Below, in pieces: positions 36,681 through 50,085 of a stretch of 64,000 bases of DNA. The position numbers and the translations under genes are program-made. This stretch comes from Octopus vulgaris. Its lineage: Eukaryota. Under the pieces are notes generated by a model. The model made no database searches, had not been told where the DNA came from, and was given only the letters and a program-made list of their open reading frames with translations. The stretch spans positions 178,684,001 to 178,748,000 of the forward strand of contig OX597815.1 in assembly GCA_951406725.2 (NCBI GenBank), read 5' to 3'. The number at the start of each line of letters is the position of its first letter. Within the stretch, counting starts at the first letter, position 1.

Positions 36681-36723
36681 GCTGGACTGCGTAATCTACA
36701 AAAGAAAAATGAGAGAACCTTAA

Positions 36724-36943
36724 CCTTTTCGTTACTGTATTTATTTTGAGATGCTCTGTGCTTCTTTTAATTCCTTTAAATATAACAAAGAATTTAGTAA
36801 AATAACTTAGTTATCATTAAGCTAGTGTTAGGAACATAAATTGTGACTAAGGTTTTGTGGAAGATTTTAATTCAAAACTTATGAAAACAAGACATTTGTA
36901 CTCAGAACCAGAGCCGGTTTCAGCCATGTTGGTAACAAAAGGG
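36724..36943. mobile_element. piggyBac-type MITE family A, about 27 nt from the SLC35F5 acceptor
   Basis: TTAA at 36720-36723 and 36944-36947; family A internal sequence. Confidence 0.85.
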
Positions 36944-37076
36944 TTAAAAGTTATTTTACCAATCAAAGATCTCATTTCAAAGCACAAAACCAATCAAGTG
37001 CTCACCTGGGCAGGGCAAAGGCTATGATAAAAGAGGTTGGATTAGCAGAAACAGAAAGTCCAAATAAAATATCGTA

Positions 37077-37285
37077 GAGGCGCAATGGCCTAGTGGTTAG
37101 GGCAGCGGACTCGCGGTCGCAGGATCGCGGTTTCGATTCTCAGACCGGGCGTTGTGTGTGTTTATTGAGCGAAAACACCTAAAAGCTCTACGAGGCTCCG
37201 GCAGGGGGTGGTGATCCCTGCTGTACTCTTTCACCACAATGGCGGTGCCCCAGCATGGCCACAGCTCAAGAGCTGAAACTGGAAA
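37077..37285 (+). mobile_element. tRNA-derived SINE family 5, young CpG-rich copy
   Basis: GAGGCGCAATGGCCTAGTGGTTAGGGCAGCGGACTCGCGG...GGTTTCGATTC (A and B boxes). Related copies at about 45960-46085(-) and 60060-60198(-); its 3' tail is shared with SINE family 1. Confidence 0.8.
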
Positions 37286-37524
37286 AACAAAAACAAAAAC
37301 AAAAACAAGACCTTTATATTGGGGGGGGGTTAAATAGCATTGAAGTCCTCCTAAGGACCAATCAAGTACCGGATCAACAGAAGAAAGCAATTACCTTTTA
37401 TTTTTTGTTTTAGTCGTTTGACTGTGGCCATACTGGGGCACCTCCTTGAAGAATTTCTAGTCAATAGAATTGGCCCTGATACTTATTCTATCAGTCTCTT
37501 TTGCCAAACCACTAAGGGGGATGT

Positions 37525-37559
<35 letters not shown>

Positions 37560-38100
37560 TGCGTCTCATGCCGGTGGCATGTAAAAAGCACCCACTACGC
37601 TCACGGAGTGGTTGGTGTTAGGAAGGGCATCCAGCTGTAGAAACTTTGCCAGATCAGATTGGTGCCTGGTGCAGCCTTCTGGCTTGCCAACCCTGTCAAA
37701 CCGTCCAACCCATGCCAGCATGGAAAGTGGACATTAAACGATGATGATGATGATGATGGAAATCAAATAGAAATTGTAGTTAAGACACCCGTGCCGGTGA
37801 CACATAAAAAGCACCGTCCGAACGTGGCAAATGCCAGTGCTGTCTGACTGGCATCTCTGTTGGTGATATGTAAAAGCACCAACTGATTGTGGCCATTTTC
37901 CAGCCTCCTCTTGCCCCTGTGCCAGTGGCACGTAAAAAACACCCACTACACTCACGGAGTGGTTATCGTTAGGAAGGGCATCCAGCTGTAGAAACACTGC
38001 CAAATCAGATTGGAGCCTGGTGCAGCCTCCATGGCATACCAGACCCCGGTCGAACCGTCCAACCCATACTAGCATGGAAAACGGACGTTAAATGATGATG

Positions 38101-38156
<56 letters not shown>

Positions 38157-38977
38157 ATATATTAAGGCACTGGCTTAGTTGTGTGGTTCAGAAGTTCGGT
38201 TTGTAACCACATAGTGTACTGGTTCAATTCCAAAGTGCAGAATCCTTAGTGTTTCCTGCTGCAGGTCTAGGTTACCAGTATTCACTCAAAACAGTGCAAA
38301 CTCAAAACTACAACAGAAGATATTTGCTGAGGATGCCACGCAATAGAATTGAACCAGGACCATTTGGTCATAAAATAAACTGTTGTAACCATTTTAAAAA
38401 TGCTGTCGGGCTCCGATTAGTACTAAGCAACTAAAAACAGCTGTTCACCAACACGAAGAAGATCAAAAACATATGTAGGAGGAAAAACAATATTCCTTGT
38501 TGCCTGCCACTTTCTTGGAAGTATTATTTTGTCTATCGAATACAAATGGCTGGTTTTTCAATAGCTAAAATACTACACAGCATGAATACAAATTCCTATT
38601 TGTTCTCTCCAGTCTTGGAATTACTTTTCAATATGCTTTATTCAAGAAGAAACATGAACGAAATTTAGCAATCGTTGCCAAACAGATAATGTGAACTTTA
38701 AGCAGATTACAGCCGTCTTAGCACTTGCTTGTAATAACAGAACACTAGGTAATATTTATAGAGTGGGAAAAAACTTGACACATTTAATTAGTCAGCTATG
38801 AAAAAATTGTGGCATTACCACTTTTATGAATAAAATGCAATTTGAAACATTTTTTTGTATATGGGTAAGGTCAGAGACAGACAGACAGACAGACAGTGAG
38901 AAAGAGAGAGGGGGGAGAAAGAGTGTGTGTATGTGTGTGTGTCTTATTTTTAATTTTTCATTTATTTCAATCATTAG

Positions 38978-39449
38978 ACTGTGGCCAAGCTGGGGGAAGA
39001 CTGGCCAAACTGGGGGCAGACTGGCCAAGCTGGGAACAGACTGGCCAAACTGGGGGCAGACTGGCCAAACTGGGGGCAGACTGGCCAAACTGGGGGCAGA
39101 TTTGCCAAGAGGGGAGCAGACTGGCCAAGCTGGGGGCAGACTGACCAAGCTGGGGGGAAAACTGGCCAAGCTGGGGGAAAACTGGCCAAGCTGGGGGAAA
39201 ACTGGCCAAACTGGGGGAAGACTGGCAAAACTGAGGGCAGACTGGCCAAACTGGGGGAAGACTGTCCAAACTGGGGGCAGACTGGCCAAGCTGGGGACAG
39301 ACTGGCCAAGCTGGGGGAAGACTGGCCAAGCTGGGGGCAGACTGGCCAAGCGGGGGGCAGACTGGCCAAGCGTGGGGGGGGGAGGCTGGCAAAGCTGGGG
39401 GCAGACTGACCAAGCTGGGGGCAGACTGACCAAGAGGGGGGGCAGACTG
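38978..39449 (+). repeat. GC-rich 20-bp minisatellite, about 23 copies
   Basis: Unit ACTGGCCAA(G/A)CTGGGGG(C/A)AG repeated in tandem. Confidence 0.95.
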
Positions 39450-42029
39450 TGCAAAAAATAAATAGTTGCATATCCAGTCCATGAGTAACAATTTCAGGCA
39501 AATTAATGGGACAGAATCACAAAAAAAAAAATACGTAGCCGGGAAGCAAGCTTCCTAACCAAACACAAACATACATGATGGGCTTCTTTCAGTTTCCATC
39601 CACCAAGGCTATAGTAGAATATGCTTGCCAAAGATGCTACGCAGTGGGACTGAACCCGGAACCACGTGGTCAGGAAGCAAGCTTCTTAGCACACAGCCAC
39701 ACCTGTGCCTTCAATAATTTTCTCAACAGCAAAGAGACTAAGGCTTTGCTAGTTTACAAGAGGAAGCACTGAGTTCATCACACACTCCTGCCAGTGCAAA
39801 ATCAGTGTTTGTTTGTTTTTTGATTAAAAACAAAAGTAAACAACAGCCATGGGAGACACGATTAACAATGAGTCAGAAACAACACTTGACTTCAAAGTTG
39901 GTAGTAATCAGTCGTCTATTTTTAGTATTTTTATCATCTTTTTCTACGTATGTTGTTTGTTGTTTATTATGATTTACTTGGCAATCCAGTAGAGATTTCG
40001 CTAATGCTAATCCCAATATAGTGGGAACATACTGTGACAGGGGTAAACAGAGCTCCCTTTTTTTTTTTTATGCAGTGCTTCTCAGCCTTATTTTTTTTTC
40101 TTGCTATAAGCGCAGGAGTGGCTGTGTGGTAAGTAGATTGTTTACCAAACACATGGTTCCAGGTTCAGTCCCTCTGCATGGCACCTTGGGCAAGTGTCTT
40201 CTACTATAGCCTCGGGCCGACCAAAGCCTTGTGAGTGGATTTGGTAGGCGGAAACTGAAAGAAGCCCATCATATATGTGTGTGTGTGTGTGTGTGTGTGT
40301 TTGTCCCCCTAGCTTTTGCTTGACAACCAATGCTGGTGTGTTTATGTCCCCGTTACTTAGCGGTTCGGCAAAAGAGACCGATAGAATAAGTACTGGGCTT
40401 ACAAAAGAATAAGTCCCGGGGTCGAGTTGCTCGATTAAAGGCGGTGCTCCAGCATGGTCGCAGTCATGACTGAAACAAGTAAAAGAGAGAGAGTATAGAC
40501 TCCTCTGATTCCTATTTTTACTAAGGTAGAACCTCATAACCGTTCCATATGTAAACAATCCTATTATATTTTAATAATTAAATAGTTTGGAATTGCATTC
40601 TTTTATCGTTTCAGTCATTTTGACTGCGGCCATGCTGGAGCACTGCCTTTAGTCGAACAATTCGACCCCAGGACTTATTCTTCGTAAGTCTAGTACTTAT
40701 TCTATCAGTCTCTTTTGCCGAACTGCTAAGTTACAGGGATGTAAACACACCAACGGTTGTCAAATGATGATGGGGGAACAAACACAGAAACACAAATACA
40801 CACACACACACATATACAATGGCCTTCTTTCAATTTCCATCAACCAAATCCACTCACGAGGCTTTGGTTGGCCCGAGGCTATACTAGAAAACACTTGCCC
40901 AAGGTGCTATGCAGTGGGACTGAACCCAGAACCATGTGGTTGGAAAACAATCTACTTACCACACAGCCACTCTTCCTCCTCCTCATCATCATCGTTTAGC
41001 GTCCATTTTCCATGCTAGCATGGGTTGGACGGTTCAACTGGGGTCTGGGAAGCCAGAGGGCTGTGCCAGGCCCAGTCTGATCTGGCAGTGTTTCTACAGC
41101 TGGATGCCCTTCCTAACGCCAACCACTCCGTGAGTGTAGTGGGTGCTTTTTACATGCCACCTGCACAGGTACCAGGGGAGGCTGGCAACGGCCACGATCG
41201 GATGATGCTTTTTACGTGCCACCGGCACGGGGGCCAGACGAGGCTGGCAATGGCCACAATCGGATGGTGCTTTTTTTTATGTGCCACCAGCACGGAGGCC
41301 AGTTGGTGCCATATATAAAAGAATTATTAAAAATATTTTGTGTATCGTAAAAATATGAACAGTTTATTGGACATAAGTTTTAACAACAAAACCTTCTATG
41401 GGCCCTGGTTAAGAACCATTAATGTAAGAGGGTGTGTGCCTGTGACCTTCAGAAGCTCTTCTATGACCTTCGGAGGCTCCTCTATACTAATGAGTTAACG
41501 AAGGTGCATGGCTTAGTGGTTAAGATATTCAGCTCACAATTGTAAGGTCGTGAGTTCAATTCCCAGTGGTGCGTTGTGTCCTTCAGCAAGACACTTTATT
41601 TCCTGTTGCTCCAGTTTACCTGCAATCTCCCTGAGAACTACATTAGGGGTACATGTGTCTGTGGAATGCTCAGCCACTCGCAATTTAATTTCACAAGCAG
41701 GCCTTTCTACTGATTGAATGACTAGGAATGTTTGTCATCGTGACCGAGGCATGGCCAGTAAATCTATTGATCAGTTCAGTTTGAATAGATACAGGTCAAT
41801 CTCTGCAAGAAGTGCATGCGGTAATGCAGAGGGCTGCAGTTGTTGAAAGGAATGGACTAGAAAGCATATTCTGTTGTGTCTGGGGAGAGTCATTTTCTTT
41901 TTGTGCCTTATAATTTAACACACTCACCGGTAAAATTTCCACTTTTTTTCTTATTTTTATTGTCCTAAAATTTGCGTTGCATCTTGCAACCTTTTCAATA
42001 GTTTTGACTGTCTGTTATTTACACTGCGT

Positions 42030-42358
42030 TCCCTTTTGTTTGTTTGTGCGCATGTGTGTGGGTCAGTGTGTGTGTGTGCCTATACATGCATGCATGTACG
42101 TATGTATGTGTGTGTTTGCATGTGTATGCATGTATATATATGTGTGTGTGTGTATGCAAATGTATATATGTATGTACGTGTGTGCATCTGTATGTACATA
42201 TCCTGCAGATTCATGTGCTTGCATGTCCGTGTTTGTGTATTTTCTATGTATGTGTGGGTGAGCATGTGTTTGTATATGTATGCACCTCTGTCTCCTTGTG
42301 TGTGCATGTCTGTGTGTGTGTGTGTGTGTTTTGCAACTATGTACCATGTTTGTATGTA
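42030..42358 (+). repeat. Degenerate (TG)n/(TA)n low-complexity tract
   Basis: Alternating purine-pyrimidine sequence; the ORFs called here are artefacts of the repeat. Confidence 0.9.
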
Positions 42359-42765
42359 AGCATTTCACCCTTTAACATTCAGGTTGCTCTGTCAAACATG
42401 ATGCTTATATTTATTCACTTGGTTTCCAGTTAATCTTGAATCATCTCGTAGCTTCAAGATTTTGATGGTGTGATTGTTTAGTATTAGAAGGGCATTGTAG
42501 AGGAGGTGTGAGAGGTCGGATCTGGTAATTTTTAACATAAAACAAAAAAATATTTCGGTCTGATATGGCTGGTTTAAATGCTGGTGGGTTCATGCAGAAT
42601 CTGGAAGCTGAGCTAGATTAAGAATGATGAGAAGAGAAAAAAGAAATTTTGGATGCTATCAGATGACGAATGGAGATTAAATAATTCAATATAGACAAAA
42701 AAAAACAAGAGTTCAAAGAGGACTAATAATAAAGGAACATTTAGTAGCTCATTAACCTGCTAGAA

Positions 42766-43552
42766 TAGCAGTTGTCAACTGCAGCTCCCAGGGCCACATG
42801 CAGCCCTCAAAAATCCTTTTGGTAGCTCTCTTTACTCTCTCTTTTACTCTTTTACTTGTTTCAGTCAGTTGACTGTGGCCATGCTGGAGCACCGCCTTTA
42901 ATCGAGCAACTCGACCCCGGGACTTATTCTTTGTAAGCCCAGTACTTATTCTATCGGTCTCTTTTGCTGAACCGCTATGTGACGGGGACATAAACACACC
43001 AGCATCGGTTGTCAAGCAATGCTAGGGGGACAAACACAAACATACACGCACATATACATATATATATATATATATATACGACACTTGCCCAAGGTAACAG
43101 TCGAGGAAATCGACCCCAGGACTTATTCTTTGTAAGCCTAATACTTATTCTATCAGTCTCTTTTGCCAAACCACTAAGTTACGGGGGCGTAAACACATCA
43201 GCATTGGTTGTCAAGCGATGTTGGGGGAACACACAAACATACACACACACACACACACACATATATATACGGTGGGCTTCTTTCAGTTTCCGTATACCAA
43301 ATCCACTCACAAGGCTTTGGTCGGCCTGAGGCTATAGAAGACACTTGCCCAAGGTGCCCCGCAGTGGGACTGAACCCGGAACCATGTGGTTCGTAAGCAA
43401 GCTACTTACCACATTATAAAGTTTTATAATATATAATAAATTTTTTCATTAATTGACTTATGCTTTACATTCTTTTTGATGCAGCCCCTAAAAGAACAAT
43501 AAATTCAGGTTTTTGGATCTGGCCTGGATATTAAAAAGGTTGAGAAGCACTG
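42766..43552. mobile_element. hAT-type MITE with two nested SINE family 1 copies
   Basis: Perfect 8-bp TSD TGCTAGAA (42758-42765, 43553-43560) and right TIR GGTTGAGAAGCACTG. Confidence 0.75.
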
Positions 43553-43857
43553 TGCTAGAAACTGCAGCTAAATCACTCTCTCCAATCACAACCTACGAAC
43601 ATATCATAATGTAGTGTTAGAGATAATAAAAAAACAAAAACAAAAAGGAAAACCATAGCTCTTTTGGATCATGGGAGTCTTGGGGTTAATTAACAACTCT
43701 TCACCAAACTTTTAGACGTATAATATCAATAACAATCTCAAAATAGTTGCAAGTATAGTTTGGCTGCTGAAAATTTAAACCAGCTCAATTATAATTGGCA
43801 GCTGTTCATATTTATATATACATACATACATATATATTATATATATATATATGTATA

Positions 43858-43949
43858 TTTATGGAAATTTGTAATTATATATATATATGGAAACTTGTAA
43901 TTATATATATATATGGAAACTTGTAATTATATATATATATGGAAACTTG

Positions 43950-43986
<37 letters not shown>

Positions 43987-43995
43987 GGAAACTTG

Positions 43996-44030
<35 letters not shown>

Positions 44031-44039
44031 GGAAACTTG

Positions 44040-44074
<35 letters not shown>

Positions 44075-44081
44075 GGAAACT

Positions 44082-44124
<43 letters not shown>

Positions 44125-44211
44125 GGAAACTTGTAATTATATATATATATATATATATATATTTATGGAAACTTGTAATTATATATATATATATATATTT
44201 ATGGAAACTTG

Positions 44212-44250
<39 letters not shown>

Positions 44251-44259
44251 GGAAACTTG

Positions 44260-44296
<37 letters not shown>

Positions 44297-44309
44297 GGAA
44301 ACTTGTAAT

Positions 44310-44344
<35 letters not shown>

Positions 44345-44363
44345 ATTTATGGAAACTTGTAAT

Positions 44364-44394
<31 letters not shown>

Positions 44395-44413
44395 ATTTAT
44401 GGAAACTTGTAAT

Positions 44414-44444
<31 letters not shown>

Positions 44445-44501
44445 ATTTATGGAAACTTGTAATTATATATATATATATATATATATATTTATGGAAACTT
44501 G

Positions 44502-44540
<39 letters not shown>

Positions 44541-44549
44541 GGAAACTTG

Positions 44550-44592
<43 letters not shown>

Positions 44593-44605
44593 CCAAGTTT
44601 CCATA
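43858..44605 (+). repeat. Compound satellite: 17 x ATGGAAACTTGTAATT separated by variable (TA)n, ending in an inverted unit
   Basis: Units run from 43861 to 44539; the inverted copy ATTATTCCAAGTTTCCATA is at 44587-44605. Confidence 0.93.
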
Positions 44606-47600
44606 GCAAAATTTCCATTAAAACTCTGCATGAATGAAGATTTTATGTTTTATTTTTCTAAGCTATCTGCCTGACTGCAACAACAAACTCATGATCATGA
44701 TGATGATGATGTTTGGCGCACTGACAAAGCTCTCATTGAACTGATCCGTAAGAAGACTTTCCAAGAGTGTAAGAATGGTGGAACAAACCATGTGGGTAGG
44801 CATTGAAATAGGATCTACAGATAAATCAAAAACAAAGGAAAATAATTTTCAGGAGAAATTAAAACTTCTTTCTAGCATTCATCATTATCATCATCATTTA
44901 ATGTCCGTTTTCCATGCTGGCATGGGTTGGACAGTTTGAGCAGGGTCTGGGAAGCCAGTAGGCTGCACCAAGCTCCAGTCTGATCTGGCAGTGTTTTTAC
45001 AGCTGGATGCCCTTCCTGACACCAACCACTCCGTGAGTGTAGTGGGTGCTTTTTACTTGCCACCAGCACAGAAGCCAGTCAAGGTGGCGCTGGTAAAGGA
45101 AAAGAAAAGAGAACATATGGTGGCTGCATAGTAAAAAGCTTGCTTCCCAACCACATGGTTCCAGGTTCAGTCCCACTGCGTGCCACATTGGGCAAGTGTC
45201 TTCTACTACAGCCTCAGGCCAACCAAAGTTTTCTGAGTGGATCTGGTAGATGGAAACTGAAAGAAGCCAGTCCTTTGTGCGTATGGGTGTGTCTGTGTGT
45301 CCTACCACCACCTGACAACCAGTGCTGGTTTGTTTATGTCCCTCTAACTTAGTGGTTTGGCAAAAAGTATCAGGCTTTACGAAAAAGAAAAAGAAATTAC
45401 TGGGGGGGTTAATTTGTTTGGTTAAACCTTCAAGGTGGTGCCCCAGCATGGCTGCAGTTTAATGACCGAAACAAGTTTGAATAGATGTAGATCAACAGGT
45501 TCTGTGTTGGTCCCATTTCCAAATATATAACATCAATTGCTGTTATTCTTGTCCAGTAAAGAATCTCTTAAAATTGGTAAGAATTACAACACCCAAGGAC
45601 CCAAAGCTTTAATTGTTGTTGTTTAACCCAAGCTTAGAGCCCTGATCGAACAGATTTCTGATAACAATATTTTAGGAAGATTTGCATTATTTAACACGTC
45701 CTTTTCTTAGATGGTGGAGTGTGATTTGAGAAAGGTTTGGCTGTTCTTTCAAGCAGATCAAATGAACTATGATTCTTCAAAAGTATGTTTTTTTTTTTTT
45801 GTTCCTTCTCAAGCTATGCCTGGCTCATAAGGGCTGGTTTCCCCGTTTCCTTGGCATATAGGTTCTCCACCTGGACGGGACGCCGGTCCGTTGCAGGTGA
45901 GCTGCAAGATGCAGGAGGAAAGAGTGAGAGAAAGTTGTGGCGAAAGAGTCAGCAGAAGTTCGCCATTACCTTCTGCTGGAGATGCGTGGAGCTTAGGTGT
46001 TTCGCTCATAAGCACTCACATCACCCGGTCTGAGATTCAAACCCGCGAGTCCGCTGCTCTAACCACTAGTCCATGTGCCTCCACCAAAAATAAATGTGCC
46101 TTATTTTAAAGCCTAGGCAGGCTCATGGGCCCGGTTTCCCAGTTTCAATGGCATATGTGTTCCCCAGCTGGATGGGACGCCAGTCCATCGCAGCGTTACT
46201 CATTTTTGCCAGCTGAGTGGACTGGAGCAACATGAAATGAAATGTTTTGCTCAAGAACACAATGCATCGCCCGGTCCAGGAATTGAAACTACAATCTTAC
46301 AATCATGATGCTGACACCCCTAACCACTTAGCCACGCGCCTCCACATTCTTCAACAGAGTTGCATCCAACTAAAAACGTTCACATTACAGAATGAAAATG
46401 TGTCCAAGCACACACACACACACAATACAGTCAAATTAATTTCAGTTATGTTATTGATTTACATCAAAAGCACCCATGCTGGTGCCACATATAAAGCAAC
46501 CACTACACACCGTAAAGTGATAGGCATTATGAAGAATGTCCAAGCAGAGAAACCATGCCAACAGGAACAACCTGATGCAGCTCTCCAACTTGCAAGCTTC
46601 TGCCAAACCATCCAACCCATGCCAGCATGGAAAACGGATGTTAAATGATGATGATGATGATGATGATAAGTATGTTCTTCTATGTATTTCAATATAGTTT
46701 CGCATACATTAAAAGATTTTTAAATCTTTAACACAGAATATTGTTTATTTTAGCCTTTTTCTTTATACATAGGCACAGGAGTGGCTGTGTGGTAAGTAGC
46801 TTGCACCCCAACCTCATGGTTCTGGGTTCAGTCCCACTGCGTGGCACATTGGGCAAGTATCTTCAACTATAGCCTCGAGCCAACCAAAGCCTTGTGAGTG
46901 GATTTGGTAGACGGAAACTGATGAAGCCCATCGTATATATGTATGTGTGTGTGTTTGTCCCACCCAACATTGCTTGACATCTGATGCTGGTGTCTTTACG
47001 TCCCCGTAACTTAGTGGTTTGGCAAAAAGAGAGCGAGAGAATAAGTACTAGGCTTACAAAGAATAAGTCCCGGCATCAATTTCCTTGGCACAGTCAAATG
47101 ACTGAAACAAGGAGTCAGAAGTGAAACCATCCTCTCTTATCGTATGCAACAGAAGTGAGGATATTAAAACGGTACTGAAATGAGCACCGACCAAAGTTTT
47201 CATTTGGTCTAGAGTCATGTCCAAACTGTCTCCATTAACTAAGTGAAAACAATGAAACTAATTGACCAATCTTTCAGCCTAATTCTCTCCCCCCACCTCT
47301 CTCACTCACTCACAGAGTCACAAAGTGAGACATTAATTTAGTCTGGCACTACTCATCCATTTCAATCAAGTCACCACTTTTAATGAATTTATAATAAAAA
47401 ACTTTTCTATTCCGAATTGCAACAAAAAGAAACAAGATAACATTTGCTGAAGCAGGTAATAAAAAATCCACATCAGTTGTTAGCCGTCAGGACACTATAC
47501 CCTTAAACACTTCCATGCTTCCCAAAATTTGCCAAAAGTACACCTGATAGCCCCCCCCCCAAAAAAAAAACAACAACAACTCGTTAACTGTTCAATTTCT

Positions 47601-49223
47601 GTGCATTATTCTATTTACTGCTCATGTCCTTTCTGGGTACTTTTTCTGGTGAGTGGTACTTCACCTGAGCACTGTATACAATAAGTTCATTAATATTATT
47701 ATTATTATTATTATTATTAACTACACTCTCGGAGTGGTTGGCGTTAGGAAGGGCATCAAGCTGTAGAAACACTGCCAGATCAGATTGGAGTTTGGTGCAG
47801 CCATCTGATTTGCCAGACCTCAGTCAAATCGTCCAACCCATGCTAGCATGGAAAGCGGATGTTAAACGATGATTATTATTATTATTATTATTATCATGTG
47901 AAGGAATGTGGCCTAATAGGTAAGATGTGGCACTCACAATTGCTAGATCATGGGTTTGATTTGTGCCCTTGAGCAAAGCACTTCGTGTCACATTGCTCCA
48001 GTCCCCTCAGCCGTAAATTGGTAACCCCTGCAACAGAAAATAGTCTTTTGATCAGCAGGGAATGTCGGCCTGCTTGCCTAGCCAGCAGGGTAGCATCATT
48101 CGAAAGCTAAAACAATGGCAATCGCATTGCGACTAGTGATATATAGCAACTTCTGATAGTCTGGTCGATGCCCTGATACCGTGACTATTATTATACTAAG
48201 GAAGAAGGCTAGCAGCAATCTTTAGGATGTTCCTATCAACTGACTCTGCCAGAGTAAACCTGACACTGAAACAAGACTGACCATAGTCTTGTCACTCAGG
48301 ACTAATGAGGAACTAAACCACAACAGCTGTACTTCATTCTGGACTGGAACCAGACTATCATCATCATCATCGTTTAACGTCTGCTTTCCATGCTAGCATG
48401 GGTTGGACGATTTTGACTGAGGGCTGGCAAACCAGACGGCCGCACCAGGCTCCAATCTTGATCTGGCAGAGTTTCTACAACCGGATGCCCTTCCTAACGC
48501 CAACCACTCCGAGAGTGTAGTGGGTGCTTTTTACATGCCACCGGCATGGGGTCAGTCAGGCAGTACTGGCAATGACCTCACTCGAATCTTTTTACACATG
48601 CCACTGGCACAGTGATTACCATATTACCACTACCATAACGCTTGAATGGTGCCCTTTTACGTGCCACAGGCATTACATTATAGTGTATGAGCACAGAGAG
48701 CACAGTAAAGACAGCTAGAGCATGTTGCAGCCACTGTGCTATTCAGTAGGGTTGTGTAAACTTCATGGTGAGAATACTATCTAAACTTCTATGGTTTAAT
48801 TATTACTGTAATTAATGCAGTTAGCATTAAAAACTAAGTGGAAATAGTAATGCAGTGGGGAAAAGATAAGCTTAATAAATGACTAATATTTGTTTATTCT
48901 AGTAAGAGAGACAACTCTAGATATATTTCCATCTTATTAGACCTTATTAGCATAGACTTTGAAATATTTGCTGAATATTTCCTGACAAGCTATCATCTAC
49001 AACTGGATTAAGCCATTAGAAGTTAAATCTCTTAGCGACGGATACGGAATTGATTGGAGAGAGGATATCAAGTGGCTTAATCACAACTTGCACCTAATCA
49101 AATGTAGCAAAAAAACAACAATGTTTGCTGATGGTGGTGGTGGTGGTAATATGGTAATCACTGAATTTTATACTTGAAAACTTATTGATTGTGCTGACGT
49201 TGGCATAAAATGTAAACGCTCAG

Positions 49224-49278
<55 letters not shown>

Positions 49279-49861
49279 TACAGTATCAGCTGTTATTTAG
49301 CTGGAGATTGGGGGAGATCTCTGAGCAAATATATAACACATCTGATCATTTCAGTTTTTGCATATTTAAGATTAGATTGCCCAATATGTTGTTCTTTTTT
49401 AAAAAGGTGACATTTGAGGGAGATTTAGCAGCTATTTATAGCAGTTTAACCCTTTCGTTAACAACCTGGCTGAAACCAGCTCTGGCTCTGTAGTACAAAT
49501 GTATTGTTTTCATAAGTTTTGAATTAAAATCATTACAGCCATACTGCAAATTAAATCCTAACGATGCTACACAGTTAATTTGTGCTTTTATTATTTGTCT
49601 TAATAATACAAATATTACATTTGACAATCCTTCTTAGTTTCTTTGCCAAATTTAGTGGAGAACTACCAAACATTATTTCATTGTGATTTTTAATCTACCA
49701 ATCTGTACTAACTTCAATGGTTTTTACTTACTGGATGACAAAGGGGCAAGTGTTATTTCCGGTTATAATGGTAACTGGTACCTCATATCTGGTTATTCAA
49801 ATTTCTCATTCCCAATCATCAGATTGAATTCAAAGGGTAATACAGATGATCTGTTAAGAAT

Positions 49862-50049
49862 AGGCGCAGGAGTGGCTGTGTGGTAAGTAGCTTGCTAACC
49901 AACCACATGGTTCCGGGTTCAGTCCCACTGCGTGGCATCCTGGGCAAGTGTCTTCTACTATAGCCCCAGGCTGACCAATGCCTTGTGAGTGGATTTGGTA
50001 GATGGAAACTGAAAGAAGCCCGTCGTATATATGTATGTATATATGTATG

Positions 50050-50085
<36 letters not shown>

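Noticed and set aside
37077-37152. Possible tRNA gene
   Set aside because: It has A and B boxes but no proper acceptor stem, and it continues into a SINE body found elsewhere in the window.
38792-39501. Long ORFs (142-220 aa) in several frames on both strands
   Set aside because: They arise from a stop-free 20-bp tandem repeat and have no splice or homology support.
41977-42433. Cys/Val/Met-rich and His/Thr-rich ORFs
   Set aside because: They are translations of TG/TA low-complexity sequence.
43858-44605. CRISPR-like repeat/spacer appearance
   Set aside because: The spacers are only (TA)n, the context is eukaryotic and there are no cas genes; it is a compound satellite.
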